Notes: a model not told the origin generated them from the letters alone. A DNA stretch of 63,920 nucleotides, filler included, from Octopus bimaculoides (GCF_001194135.2; 5 parts of 4 records of this genome joined end to end with filler, not necessarily neighbours in it); one strand, 5' to 3'; shown: positions 1 to 12,872, counted from the whole stretch's first letter. Numbers and translations are program-made.

Positions 1-72
<72 letters not shown>

Positions 73-96
73 AAGAGAGATAGAGAGAGAGAGAGA
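1..96. repeat. (TA)n/(GA)n microsatellite
   Basis: Seen directly. Confidence 0.95.
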
Positions 97-235
97 AGAA
101 TTTATATATAGAGAGAATTTCTAAGGAATTTATAGTCAACTGATGTAATGTAATAGGCATGTACCATGAGTGCTCAGATTGTTTACCACTCCGGCATGAA
201 CTGCAACTGAAATTGTAACGTTGAGACTGCTTGAA

Positions 236-520
236 ATATATGTAGTGTTTGAGGTATTGCACTCCCAACCATGATTTCAATTCCTAGACCGTGTGATGCG
301 CGACGTTCATGAGCAAAGCACTTCCATACACGTTACTCGACGATTACTTCGATACCTGACGCGTGGTACACAGTGCACAAGTTCAGACGGCGTCAATTTG
401 ATGGGGAGAGTGAGCTAATGTGTGGCACGAACATTTGATCACTATAAACAAATCATTTGTGCAGGTCGTTCAGCAAAACCTGAGCGCTCATACGTCGTCT
501 TCGGCTGGAGGGTCCATCAT
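236..520 (+). mobile_element. Decayed tRNA-headed SINE (family E)
   Basis: A/B-box-like head (..GTAGTGTTTGAGGTATTGCACTC..GATTTCAATTCCTAGACCG..) followed by a SINE-like body; diverged. Confidence 0.55.
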
Positions 521-619
521 GTATGTATATACGTAAATCTCGATCATTGTGTGCTCAACACTGCATTGGTGATTAAAGATTCTTTATTTTTGTATTAAGG
601 CTACCATTAGTTTCTTGTT

Positions 620-1580
620 AAGGAAGTCCTCAACCGTGATGACACTTTAGGACAGCTGCTAATCACATGCGTAATGTCTTCCCCAGCAACATGACATAGC
701 CTACTTATGCAGTTGCACCTCGGGATTACAAGAGCGTCACTGTCTCTCTTGTTCACCAAGTACTTTGTGGCAATCTCCTGTTCCTGGATTGCAAACGCAT
801 AGCCTTCAAAGTGTGATGTGATGCAGTGGTTTTGTGTACAAGAGAGGCTGCGCTTCGTGTCAATTCTACTGTCTTCTTCAAGCTTCCGGGCAACATACCC
901 ATGCGTGGTCTTTTTCTTTTTGTATGCTCAGTACTTTCCATCCGGGTCTTCTCTGAGGTAAGAGAGCCTAGCTGTTTGGGGCTGTATAGGAAATCACTAG
1001 GAAGAGAGTGTTTCCCGAGGAGCTCACTGCCAACTCATACAATGTTGCTCACTTCACTTTTCAGCACTGCATTAATATATTTGTTTTTGCTGCTGTTGTT
1101 TAGCAGATGCTGTCTGAGTGATACCATACGACATTCGATGGCCGTCTGCACTGATCTCAGGACTCTACCATCTTTATTTATTCTTAGGTAGAGCCTATCA
1201 ACATCACTGTTTCTGTAGAAGTTCCCAATTGTTGTCAGGATTTTGCAGGTTTTGATATCTATGGAGTGAATTTCCTCTACAGACCAATCAAGTATCCCAA
1301 GTGTTGGGATCAACACTTGTACTGCAAATGCATTGTGGGATATTGTTTTGTTGTAAGAGTAAAGTTCCAAATGCCATATTTTCGTAAGCCTGGTGTAATA
1401 TTCTCGGGTCACTCTATCGTTATTGACAGTGCCTTCATATGATACATTTTCGTCTATGCCAAGATACTTGTAACATTCTTTGTGTGGAATGGGGGAGATG
1501 CACAGGTTTTGAGTTTGGGGGACTGACTTTCCTCGTTCTATAACCAAATATGAACATTTCTTTTGGCCAAATTCCATGCC
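620..1580 (-). pseudogene. Dong/R4-clade non-LTR retrotransposon ORF relic (RT C-terminus/thumb plus CCHC knuckle)
   Basis: ORF 1035-1577 has YKYLG, then NAFAVQVLIPTLGILDWS and SDVDRLYL..DGRVL, typical of R4/Dong ORFs after the RT. Minus-strand 650-710 reads (C)RLCHVAGEDITHVISSCP (CCHC). Frameshifts present. Confidence 0.8.
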
Positions 1581-1606
1581 TCTATTAGCTGAAAATGTGT
1601 ATATCT

Positions 1607-1699
1607 ATGGATGGATGGATGGATGTATGGATGGATGGATGGATGCATGCATGCATGGATGCATGCATGGATGCATGGATGGATGCATGGATGGATGGA
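1607..1699. repeat. (GATG)/(CATG) tetranucleotide microsatellite
   Basis: Seen directly. Confidence 0.9.
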
Positions 1700-1701
1700 T
1701 C

Positions 1702-1818
1702 AGCCCGGAGCTGTAGTAAAAGGCACTTGCCGAATTTGTCGCGCAGGGGGGAACTGAACCCGAGACCACATGGTTGGAAAGCAAGCTTTTTAACCACGTA
1801 GCAACTCCTGCGCCTCTA
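1702..1818 (-). mobile_element. SINE family A, 5' tRNA-like head fragment
   Basis: Reverse complement GGCGCAGGAGTTGCTACGTGGTTAAAAAGCTTGC..GGGTTCAGTTCC matches the head of the full copies at 39910 and 46415. Confidence 0.8.
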
Positions 1819-2616
1819 TAATCACTGTCTTAACATGTCATAACAAAATAAAATTTGTACATTTATGAAAAATTATATATCTTGTATTACAACACTGTGT
1901 AATAATATACTAATGGCTAATTATCATTGATATACCAAGTAACCAGACGATTATGCTATGAATATTCGGAGCTGTTGAGCTAAGGTACTACTTGAAACTT
2001 GACATTTAACTTTAAGCCTGCATTTAGTGAACGTAATTACACCACTTTGAACTAATTAATACCCTTTGATTAGACTGCTGTCATGCGGTAACATTTAAGT
2101 CGTACCTCCATTTGAATTAGTATTTAATTTCGTTTACTACTGTTTCACCTGGTAATATTTTATTCCCCATCTGTATTACAGTAACAGGGAACGGTAACAT
2201 TATATAAATGTTGGAGGAATACATTTTTTAATGACAGCAATTACAATTTTAGTTTGATATAATATGATTTAATTGAATATAATTTAATATATATTTTAGC
2301 TAATTTACTTTCAGTCACTACAGTTTTATTAAGTAATACAGTACTGGGTCTCTTTATCCGACTTCCAGAAATCCGAAGCTACTAATTACCTGGCTATTTC
2401 TGAAATTGGCTGGTTTTGAATTTCGCAAGCTAGCTTTGTTGGTTAATCCATATATGGTGTTAAAAATAACTTTGCTCTTTACTTCGATCATAGATATACT
2501 ACATCAGGGTTGATCTGGTATTCAATTGATAGAAAGAAAAAAACCTCAGTGCAATTCCTGAATCAAAGACAAGAGGACAAACTTTCAAAAATTTGAAAAT
2601 TATATACATTGATATT

Positions 2617-2812
2617 GGTTTCAGATTTTGACATAGAGCCAGCAACTTCGGGGAAGAGTCTAAGTCGATTACATCGATTTTAGTGTTTAAGTGGTACTTA
2701 TTTTATCGATCCCGAAAGGATGAAAAGCAAAGTAGACTTCGGGAGAATTTTGCACTCAGAACGTCTTTACGTTATGCCTGGTGTGCTACCGACACTGCCA
2801 GCTCGCAGTCTT
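2617..2812 (-). mobile_element. SINE family B copy
   Basis: Shares GTACTTATTTTATCGAT/ACCCGAAAGGATGAAA core and GCCAGCTCGC head with copies at 12873 and 56425. Confidence 0.8.
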
Positions 2813-2899
2813 ACTCCAACCACATATTGACAACTGTTACCTCTTCTTTTTATCTCTTAATTTCTCTTATTCCAACTTTTAGCTTAACTTTGTCTATAC

Positions 2900-3030
2900 A
2901 GTAATCCCTTGCCATATCGCGGTTCACCTGTCACGCACTCAGTACATCGCGGATTTTTCTGGCTAATATATGTAAATTCATATCGCAGATTCCTCAGTAT
3001 ATCGCTGGTTTCTGCGGCCGACTGGTATTT
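2900..3030. mobile_element. Possible pogo/Tigger-like DNA transposon end
   Basis: TA followed by CAGTAATCCCTTGCCATATCGCGGTTCAC resembles Tigger-type TIR starts; no partner TIR found. Confidence 0.3.
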
Positions 3031-3149
3031 ATAGTTTTTTAGACTTTAATAATTTCTGTGGTAAAATAAGCATTTCCACGCCTAAAATTAACAAATTAAT
3101 AAATGTAGAGAGGCGGTCTTTCGTATTGTTGTATATTATGGTTGTATAA

Positions 3150-4100
3150 TGAAATACCGCGACCCTATAAGTCATTATTATTTTATTATACATGTTTTGG
3201 GGCATGAAGAATGCCTATTTCGTTATACGAATTTACTCATTTTGTCTATAATTAACTATGTCTTTAACCAGCGTGGGAATAACAATCAAAACGAGCACCA
3301 ACAGTGTTGCAACTTACACCACCAAACGTGTCACAATAAAAACTTCCTCACAATTATAATTACTGTAAGAAACAAACGGAAAACAAGCTCAAAATCATGT
3401 CTTCTAGTTCAAATTTATTACCATATCATCTGCAACGATATCCACCTGTTCTAATAATATGTTTCCACGCCGTTAGGAGTCAAATGAACTACCATATCAA
3501 AGTTTGGGTAGCATATGTTACTATCGTATCATGTTATCCTGTTACATGAACATCTGTTTAAGTGGTATTTGTTGCTTTATCTGTTGGGATCTTACCATAA
3601 ATACTGCGTATCATGTGTTACTAAATAACAGAATTCTCATTAACAAATATTTCATTCCCGTATCATTTGTCATGTCATATGCTGTGTTAACTAATTTCTA
3701 ATCCTTCCTAAATTCTTTTCTATCGATATATTTATTATTCGTAAATGATTTATTATCTGTAATTATATCCACTGCTGCTTTGTATTGGATTATGGCAATA
3801 ACTTGCATATCTAATTATTGATATATCAACTTAAACAACAGTATCCATGCTATATGTCAATTTTTTAATGGAGATCGATTTCTGCACATATTGATGACGT
3901 CACACACACTTGGTATGATACGCCACAGAAATGAAGCGATTTGTGATGCTACTTTGAAGTAATATAAGATGAGAACAGTAACATACGTATTAACAGCAAG
4001 TAGGCGACCGTGTATTCTTTCACCTTCAATGGCAACGCCATGCCGGCTAGTATTTTATCATTGAACGGAGAATCTGGTTGAAGTGCTTGGGTTTAGTTCA
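3150..4100 (-). pseudogene. Highly decayed L1/Tx1-like ORF2 (post-RT region)
   Basis: Minus-strand frames contain W-R..(L)..GRLLAVNTYV..LY, then QIASFLW, EGLEI and FLQxLxL, the order expected in L1/Tx1 ORF2 after the RT; many stops. Confidence 0.4.
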
Positions 4101-4545
4101 GTTCAGACCTCAAGGTGGAGTAACACAAAAATGTGAGTACGACAAGGATGATCAACATTACAGGGAAACAAGTGGAGAAAATATCACTAATGGGTCTGAC
4201 GAAGATGGGAAATATTTTTTACCTTATTTGTTGTAGGGGGTGGTAGTAGTATATTATTGATTGATTGATCAGTGTGCCTTGTTCCAGATCTCATCTGATT
4301 TAACTGAAACATTTGTTTATTCATTATGATGTAAGGTACAGGTTTGTTTAGTAACAAGGACCAACTGCTACCAGCACAAACTCCTAGTGATTCTCAGACA
4401 CCGTCGCTAATGATGCACACGTATGTGCTAAATCTACGATATCTCTACAGATTACTGAATGTTGGGTAATGTGGGTGACATTTTCCAACCCCGTATCTAT
4501 TATGCTTGACACAAGATTACAGAACTAGAGATGCCCTGTAATATT

Positions 4546-4944
4546 GTTGTTGTTGTTGTTGTTGTTGGCACTCCGTCGCTTACGACGTCGAGGGTTCCAG
4601 TTGATCTGATCAACGGAACAGCCTGCTCGTGAAATTAACGTGCAAGTGGCTGAGCACTCCACAGACACGTGTACCCTTAACGTAGTTCTCTGGGATATTC
4701 AGCGTGACACAGTGTGACAAGGCTGACCCTTTCAATTACAGGCACAACAGAAACAGGAAGTAAGAGTGAGAGAAAGTTGTGGTGGAAGAGTACAGCAGGG
4801 TTCGCCACCATCCCCTGCCGGAGCCTCGTGGAGCTTTAGGTGTTTTCGCTCAATAAACACTCACAACACCCAGTCTGGGAATCGAGATCGCGATCCTATG
4901 ACCGCGAGTCCGCTGCCCTAACCACTGGGCCATTGCGCCTCCAC
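4546..4944 (-). mobile_element. Full-length SINE family C with (CAA)n tail and target-site duplication
   Basis: Head GTGGAGGCGCAATGGCCCAGTGGTTAGGGC.. with B-box-like CTCGATTCCC; tail ..GACGGAGTGCC(AAC)n; flanking direct repeat TGTAATATT at 4537-4545 and 4945-4953. Confidence 0.9.
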
Positions 4945-5658
4945 TGTAATATTATGACATGAATAAAGTGACGAGTGCTTGACATCTTGGTTATTACCAG
5001 GCATTCACAGCAATATTAATGGGGAAGTGTGGACCATGGAACATATTTGCATTCTATTGAAACTTAGCGAGGAATATAAGCAATGATGTTATTGGGAATA
5101 CACTGAGCATCGATGAGGTTTACTGAATAATCTTTTTCCGGAGGACTTAGCGGCCGGAGATTAGCCTCATGGACACGGCAGTGCCATCAGCGTAACTCTA
5201 ACGCACTATGCAGAGAACGCCAATATCAAACTCTACACACTCACTCTGTGTGCACGCTGAAATATATTGAATAGGTGATATCGCATCTAGAATGATACTG
5301 AGCGATATCAGATTCCATTGTGAGGATTGATCCACCATAAAAGAGCTGGTTGACTCCCTATGCACTGTAAGCGTCATAGATCAAGTAATGTGGTAGTGCA
5401 TGAGATTGAAAGAATTAAGAACAAGTTTTTCTCTTTCTTCTCTTTATCTGCAAACCTTAACTCTTCAAGTTAAAATGGAAGTTGAGAATATAGAGAGAAG
5501 TGTTTTACTTCCAGCAAGTTTTATGAAAGACAGGTGAGATTAGCGAACACTGCATAAGAGGACTGAGCCTTTACCTCTGAATGGAAATTAAAACTGAAAG
5601 AAGACTTATAGTCGGAGTAGAGGGTAGTCGTAATTGGGTTGCAGTGTTATTTTCTGCC

Positions 5659-5676
5659 TGTCACCCGGTATGTATG

Positions 5677-5730
<54 letters not shown>

Positions 5731-5736
5731 ACTATC

Positions 5737-5784
<48 letters not shown>

Positions 5785-5834
5785 ACTATCTATCTATCTA
5801 TTTATCTATCTATATATGTACGTACGTGCGTATG

Positions 5835-5881
<47 letters not shown>

Positions 5882-5903
5882 AGAGAGAGAGNNNNNNNNN
5901 NTA

Positions 5904-5959
<56 letters not shown>

Positions 5960-6010
5960 TACGTCAATATAGATTCATATGTATATGCATGTATATATAT
6001 ATCTGCATGT
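5659..6010. repeat. Compound (TATC)n/(TA)n microsatellite with N-gap
   Basis: Seen directly. Confidence 0.95.
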
Positions 6011-6309
6011 ATTTAAATATACAGACGTGTAGATATATCTATATACATATATATGCATGTTAAATTCATCTTACGTTGAAAGTCAACAAAGTTTGCTTTG
6101 GAAGCGCTGAGATGCATTGAAAGACACAGATAAGGAAACAATTTTATTCTCAAACGCAGGATAATTCCAATAATATAGCATGAACAGGATAAACCATCCA
6201 TATTTTTATGCAAAATATGGATAGTTTATCTTGTTCATGCTTATATTATTGTCATATATATGTATGTATATATCTATGCTTATGTATATATATGTGTGTG
6301 TGCGTATAC

Positions 6310-6354
<45 letters not shown>

Positions 6355-6639
6355 CATTCATATATATATATATATATATATATATNNNNNNNNNNNNNNN
6401 NNNNNNNNNNNNNNNNNNNNNNNNNNNNNNNNNNNNNNNNNNNNNNNNNNNNNNNNNNNNNNNNNNNNNNNTATAAATAATTCTTTAAATCGATTATTGT
6501 AATATCATATTCAATTACAACTAAGTCACCAGAGATGCTAGACTTCACAACACTTGATAACGTCTGGTTCCTCTTTTCGCAGCCAGAAACTAATTTAATC
6601 CAGAACAGCTTCTAGTTGTCTATGATGTTTAACTGAGAC

Positions 6640-7000
6640 CCAGTATGGAATAATATTGCCAGATCTGGAATAGAGCTTTTGCCAAACACACACGATCATC
6701 TAAGAGGAAACCCATCCGGTTGATTAGTAATGACACATTCGCCAACTTCTATTGCACGCATGGAATGTCGCGTTTTCACCTTCTGCCGATGTTACAAAGG
6801 TCACTGCTCTTCAGAACCAACTGGTTACATTCCATTTTCACCTCAACCCACACGACACGCACGTCTCTACTCATTTTGTCGTCACCCAAGCTCCTTTCTC
6901 ACCCTACAATCGTTCTGCTTCAGAAAGTCAACCCTCAGAAATTACTTTCCTGTTTTAATTTCTTTTGTACATATGTAGATTCACACATGTTGAAGCATCA
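6640..7000 (+). pseudogene. CR1/Jockey-like LINE ORF2 C-terminal relic
   Basis: RPSME*YCQIWN followed, with frameshifts, by F(Y)RCYKGHCSSE..YIP..PTRHAR, matching the RP.LEY...W / FYRY..G.CS.EL pattern at the end of such ORF2s. Confidence 0.7.
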
Positions 7001-7440
7001 AGTTTACTAATGGTGTAGGGTATACAGTCTCTTCCTATGACTAAACTATAATGAAAACATTTCAATATTATCACATCAATGTCTTACTATCAGTGATGTT
7101 ATGCGACGTGTAATTATCACCTAATTTCATTTTTCCTTCATAATTATATGTAAGTGTAAAAATAGCATCTTGTTTTATTGCTTTATTATCTATGCTCATC
7201 TGCTAATGAGATAACAAAAATACACCTGTTGCCGATTTAATTATACGAAGTCATATAATGGTACATCATGTTATTTTATCCATATTATGGTACCATACAA
7301 TGTGTTCCTGTATCAACAACTACTATCTTATCAGTGGTTCTACTATATAGTATTATATTAGTAGCTGTACTATCATTACTTGTTGTATTGTCTACAAACA
7401 TATTTGTTGTTGAAATTTTTTCTAGATCTGTTGATATATT

Positions 7441-7640
7441 GGTTTCAAATTTTGGCACAAGGCCAGCAATTTCAGAGGAGAGTCTAAGTCGATTAGATTG
7501 ACACCATTGCTTAACTGGTAATTATTTTATCAATCCCGAAAGGATGAAAGCAAAGTCAAACCAGAACGTAAACACGGACGAAAGAAATACTGCTAAGCAT
7601 TTTGCCTTGGGTGCTACCGATTCTACCAGCCTGCTGCCTT
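7441..7640 (-). mobile_element. SINE family B copy (internally deleted)
   Basis: GGTTTCAAATTTTGGCACAAGGCCAGC tail, core and GCCTT head end match other B copies. Confidence 0.85.
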
Positions 7641-8246
7641 ATCTTTTGATATATTACTAGTTTCCTCGCTAAAGGGTGGTACCTTATATATTACAAAACC
7701 TCCTGATATTATTTTATTCTAAATACTGCTTCATATTTACCTCATTAATCATAATTGTTGTTATGGGATTTATTTAACTATTACAATACAACACGTTACA
7801 CTATTGCTATTTAATACCTAATCTAATGTTATATTATCTGGGGTTTCTTTTATATGTACTGAAATCTAGTCATATTTTTTTACATTTGACATGTATGTCT
7901 GTGTTAAATATAGTTTAATATCACTTTCTTTTCTATTATTTGTTGCTCTATGACTTACGCGAGAAATATATTACAGATTGTAATATCATTTGTTACCTAG
8001 TTTGGTCTTAGTTTTTATAGTTGACGACGGTATAGCAGAAAAGTAAAGTGCATAGCAGAGAGGAGCCTAGAATGTGTTTCAGTATTTAGTTTAAGTTCAA
8101 ATCTACATGATGTTGACTGAGATATAATAAACTGAGATATATATCTCTGTTCATTATGGAGACGGATAGTACGCAACACTAACTAAAATGTATTATTATA
8201 GAGATAAGCGAAACGATGAGTAAAAGACGAGGTATTTTTTTGTAAA

Positions 8247-8329
8247 ATCACCTGAAGAAACGCCTCTGCACCTTTAATGCAAGTACTAGTGCATAATAAA
8301 TCGAAACGATCGTAGTAGTTCTGAATAAA
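8247..8329 (+). ncRNA. Degenerate minimal hammerhead ribozyme motif followed by AATAAA
   Basis: CTGAAGA 8252-8258; GAAA-C-GATC-GTA 8303-8314 (palindrome ACGATCGT); AATAAA 8324-8329. Stems I and II are imperfect. Confidence 0.5.
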
Positions 8330-9027
8330 GAGTCTCGTAAATTTTCTATTTCTCATATTTCCTGAAGTAAATCAAGTGACGTATCCTTCGATACTGCAAT
8401 GCACAGAGCAACCGAAGTTCCAGAACATATAGAAAACTAATAGTTGTCCCCCAAGAAACTCGCCGAGATCATGGAAGCCTACAAACGCAACATTTCGACA
8501 GTCACCCGCCCAAAAACTACAGGGATGGAAATATGGAAGCCCGCACGCGTAACTTTTTCAGCAGCCACAAACTTTTCGCTCGAGTCACAAACTTTTGTAT
8601 ACATAGACTATTAGAAACTATCAACTACTTCTTTGTATGTACCTATTCTTTCTTGCATTTCAGTTCCAACGTTGTTTTCACTTTTTTGCACACTCCTTCC
8701 CGCCAATTTTTTTCACTTTTGTTACACATTTTGTACTGTTTCTGTTCTGCAAACTTTTTGTTTGTACACATGTAGCACAGCAACGTGAAGACTAATTCTG
8801 CAACGACTCATTCCGGGAAGACTCATTTCCGCCACGATTAATTCCGCGAAGACAATTAATCCATGTGCTTGTGTTTTTATAATGTTCCGTATTTTTAATA
8901 ATGTATGTGTCTTTTTGGTCACTTGCACATTTTTCATGCACAAACGTTGTACACTTCTCCCGATTGCATGTTTTTTCGCTACATATTTGCCTTTAAATAT
9001 TTGCAATATTTCACAGCTCAATTAAAT

Positions 9028-9153
9028 TTTTGCTGCTCAACGTTTATATTTTGCTGCTCAACGTTTATATTTTGCTGCTCAACGTTTATATTTTGCTGCT
9101 CAACGTTTATATTTTGCTGCTCAACGTTTATATTTTGCTGCTCAACGTTTATA
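9028..9153. repeat. Six perfect copies of a 21-bp unit TTTTGCTGCTCAACGTTTATA
   Basis: Counted directly; it produces the FCCSTFI repeat in the ORF track. Confidence 0.95.
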
Positions 9154-9705
9154 TTCACATGCCTGCATGCTTGCACTCAGTTACATACACGCACTTTAAT
9201 ATTGGGCTTTAACTACCTTGTTTCATCATGTCTGTGCCCGCTCAGTTTCTTTGCCCGACTCAACGCACGTCGGATGTCTCATTATGTTCTCTGCGCCCTT
9301 GTTTCAAGACACAACTTGCTTCTGTAAGACCATAAGTTGCTCACGGTGTACACAGAGAAAGTTTGCCTGTCTCTCTCAACGCGCCAGCATACCACGCTTT
9401 GTCGTTCTTGCTTAACCACAGCAAATGCCCACGACCGCACCGCCAGACTCATTTCGCCTCTGCACTTCTTTCAAGGCATTTCACACTGCATGCAAACCTG
9501 ACTAAAAAATTTCACCTTATATCACTCACTCACTCATCTGAGCTCCTGCACAGTTTTATTGCTCATGTACACGCAACTTACACGCATGCTCACTCAACGC
9601 TGCTCCAGTCATGCACAGACTGCACGATTCGAACGCACAGCAACACTGAACTATTCGGATTCACTCGAATAGATATCTGTCCCGTATACACACGCATGAT
9701 TCTCT

Positions 9706-10164
9706 TGTAGTGACGCCAAATTACGGTCGCCACTTTGCGAAGTTCGTCCACGCATGCGCAGGGACATGTCTTCCGGAAGGCATGCAGGAAGTCCCTTGTG
9801 CGCATGCGTGGTTAGCTAACATTCCAGAGTTACGCGCGTCTCTCGCTCTCTTAGCCGCTGAACCTTCGAGGACACTAGACGTTTCTAAGAGCTGCTCCGT
9901 CAACTCTGCCTTGAGTCAACACAGTCCACCACGGAGACAGTGAGGAATGACTTAACCAACCATGCAACTACACCGACGCCGTCTCCACACCAACCATAAA
10001 GGGCGACCTGGCTAAGCCGACACCCCGAGATGTAAGGCTGTGCAACTTGTCATACATGTTTGTTATGCTGTTCTTCAATTCATTCAGCGTTTTCGTTTTC
10101 TTCATTAAAGAAAATTAATTGTACGGGATAGGTTTACCCAAGGATGGTAGCCCTATCACCTACA
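9706..10164 (+). mobile_element. Solo LTR (459 bp), probably Gypsy-type
   Basis: Begins TGTAG and ends CTACA (5-bp inverted termini); CTCT duplicated at 9702-9705 and 10165-10168; ATTAAA-like signal in the distal part. Orientation is inferred. Confidence 0.8.
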
Positions 10165-10678
10165 CTCTCTCCTGATATACACGATATATCTCGGCTTCGC
10201 ATCACATTCATCTGCAACAAAGTGCTTTATACTTTTCACAATTTTGAACGTTGTTTTCACTTTTTTGAACAGTGCACATTCCTGCAATTTGTTTTCGTAA
10301 CTGGCTGTTCTGAAATGTATATTTTGTACCATTACACATGCACTCCAAGTTCGCGCGTTTACTGAATAGTTCATAACATGCACTCACTTACTTTACTCTA
10401 CACACATTTTTTCTTTTACACCTTTTGCTTAATCGTTCGCTCTTTAGAAACTCTTTACGGGAAGGAAGGTAGTGTGGGAGGAATTTTCCTCTGCTTAGCT
10501 GAGATTCGAAACCGAATTCACACACCTGCTGCTCGCTAGACGAATGTCTGATCCTTTGTGTTATATCTCTATGCTGGGAGATTAATGAGAAACACCTGAC
10601 CTTCGGTAGCCGTGGAAAGATCACTCTATTATTTTAGGTTTGACCTACTTCCTGGCCAAACCGTGAAGGATTCGTTTG

Positions 10679-10679
<1 letters not shown>

Positions 10680-10755
<76 letters not shown>
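10680..10755. repeat. (CT)n microsatellite
   Basis: Seen directly. Confidence 0.95.
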
Positions 10756-10758
<3 letters not shown>

Positions 10759-11163
10759 GTTTTTAACCTGCTAACCGAGGGCATCTTTCGACCAAATGGA
10801 AAGCGACAACGCAGTTCTTACTCTTTCTTTCTTTCTGTCAGCAGACCGTTAACTTGGCTTACACACACAGCTTCCAACACACTCTAAGAACGTGCGATTG
10901 CGTTTACAGCCACGTCTGTGTTACGAACCACTGCCGGAAAAATAAACTCTGTGAATATTACTCTTTTCTCTTTGATGTTGTTATTACTGTCTCATCCTGC
11001 TTTCGACCATCTTGCATATAGCGATCCCAACGCGAAACAAGAACTGCTATTTCTACGTCAAGTAACTTTTCATTTGTACGTTACAATTAGTAACTCCGAC
11101 ATTATATATGTATATGGAAGCCGTTAGTAAACAGTTGATAGCAGAGACTCCATCTAAGAAGAT

Positions 11164-11199
11164 CTGAAGAAGGAATTGTATTCCGAAATATCATCGGAC
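11164..11199 (+). ncRNA. Minimal hammerhead motif, core and stem II intact, stem I decayed
   Basis: CTGAAGA 11164-11170, A, GGAAT-tgt-ATTCC perfect stem II, GAAA 11185-11188, T-atc-ATC; flanking stem I pairs poorly. Confidence 0.5.
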
Positions 11200-11369
11200 T
11201 ATATAGATAACTAAATTACAAGTATATAGTCCATTTTTTTGTATTATAGTGCATTTTGTACCATTCAAAACTTTTTATTCTTTACAAACAATACACAATG
11301 TTTCAAGCGAACTACAATACTCTCTTATATATATATATATGTTATAAATTGTCTTCGTTTATGTGAATC

Positions 11370-11580
11370 ATATGATTCTCAACCAAGCTTACCTTTTGAC
11401 TTATTCGCCATGAAACCACCTCAATTCTGGGAAGAGGTTATTTTCAAGTTAAAGGAAAGATGGAGACGCATTGTGCAACAAAATTGTTCATATTTGATTG
11501 ATTAAAAATGTAATGGCAAGTATTTATTGACCTTTTTCTTTCCTTTAAAAATCGGCACGAACTTGCCGGACAACCCAATA
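11370..11580 (+). mobile_element. Mariner 3' end with TIR
   Basis: KPPQFWEEVIFKLKERWRRIVQQNCSYLID* is a mariner transposase C-terminus; TIR ..AAAATCGGCACGAACTTGCCGGACAACCCAATA. Confidence 0.85.
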
Positions 11581-11594
11581 TTTATATATGTATA

Positions 11595-11641
<47 letters not shown>

Positions 11642-12325
11642 TACGTGTGCGCGTACGTGAGTGCGTGCATGTGCGTGTGTTCTCGAGGTTGTAGATTTGC
11701 ACTCATGCAGATTGATGTATAGATATTTAAATGCTAAACCGATAAACCGTAAGCATACCAGCGACAAAATACAATTTACATTTCTGCTCACAGAGAACAA
11801 TGCCATTAAACAGAACTCATGTTCATATATTATTACACATGTATTTATGTAAGTGTTGCATATGGTGACTAGGTATTCACTCAAAAGTAAGAAAATAACA
11901 GTTGAAAAGAATGCAAGTTTGGAAACATTAAACCATTGAAAAGAATATAAGTAAAGCAAATATGGGTCTGTTATTGAGAAGAAAATGAAAATGAGTGATG
12001 GAATGATGACAGTTGATGGCGAACTATATTTGGTGTCAGGCATATGACAAGTTCACTGTAGATTTAGATGTTCGACCACATTTTATGCAGATGTGCTTTA
12101 GGGTGTTTAGTGCAACTTTTGATTTGCCCACAAGCTTGTACACATGGTAGAGAGATACGATCAGTACAGCTGGTTTGTTGAGTCACTGGCATTAGCTTAT
12201 GGAGCACTGTATTTCATGACTTCAAAGAGATGCTTCTTTTCCTTGACATATGTATATGTGCGTATGTATGTATATATTTGTGGGAGGGGGTTGTACATTT
12301 TGCGCATCTGTTTTACTCGTATTGA

Positions 12326-12521
12326 TTTAAAATTTTGGCAAAAGGCCAGCATTTCCGGAGTAGAGGGTTAACGGATTACATCGACCTCAATGCTCAACTG
12401 GTACTTATATAATCGACCCCCGAAAGGAGGAAAGGCAGAATTTGAACTCAGAACATAAAGACGGACGAAATGTTGCTAAGCATATTGCCTGGCATTTTAA
12501 TGATTTTGCCAGCTTACCGCC

Positions 12522-12522
<1 letters not shown>
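12326..12522 (-). mobile_element. SINE family B copy
   Basis: Matches other B copies; its head abuts the (AAT)n array. Confidence 0.85.
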
Positions 12523-12580
<58 letters not shown>

Positions 12581-12581
<1 letters not shown>

Positions 12582-12870
12582 GGAAGTATCTGGAGCATGC
12601 GAACAGTAAAGGTTTTGCCTATAATAATTGGTGCATTAGATTAGGAACAATAAGCTAAGATATAGACAAATGGCTGAAGGAGATTGAAATAGAATGCCCG
12701 GTAGAGCTCCTACAGAAAGTTTGTCTCCTAGGGACAATCAGGAGGGTTCTAAGCACTTGAAAGACTACTGAAAACTTATGGATACATAAGGTTACTAGTA
12801 GTAACCCGCTACCCACATAAATCTTACCAGGAATAAGACCGAACCTGAGTCAAACTAAAATAATAATAAT
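12581..12870 (+). mobile_element. 5'-truncated Dong/R4 3' end inserted in (TAA)n
   Basis: IWSMRTVKVLPIIIGAL(G)TIS*DIDKWLKEIEIECPVELLQKVCLLGTIRRVLST* is the C-terminus of a restriction-like endonuclease ORF; short 3' UTR; (AAT)n on both sides (12523-12580 and 12857-12870). Confidence 0.85.
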
Positions 12871-12872
12871 GA

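Noticed and set aside
3149-3701. Plus-strand ORFs, and a hydrophobic minus-strand stretch resembling a membrane-protein or protocadherin tail
   Set aside because: No cadherin motifs (DRE, DxNDN) are present; the region is better explained as an L1/Tx1 relic.
9028-9153. Perfect direct repeats resembling a CRISPR array
   Set aside because: Units are contiguous with no spacers, in eukaryotic DNA with no cas genes.
10918-11127. Possible first exon MLLLLSHPAF..LRQ|GTAACT after (CT)n
   Set aside because: The donor is weak, the peptide is unrecognised, and it sits just upstream of a hammerhead motif, so it is more likely part of a mobile element.
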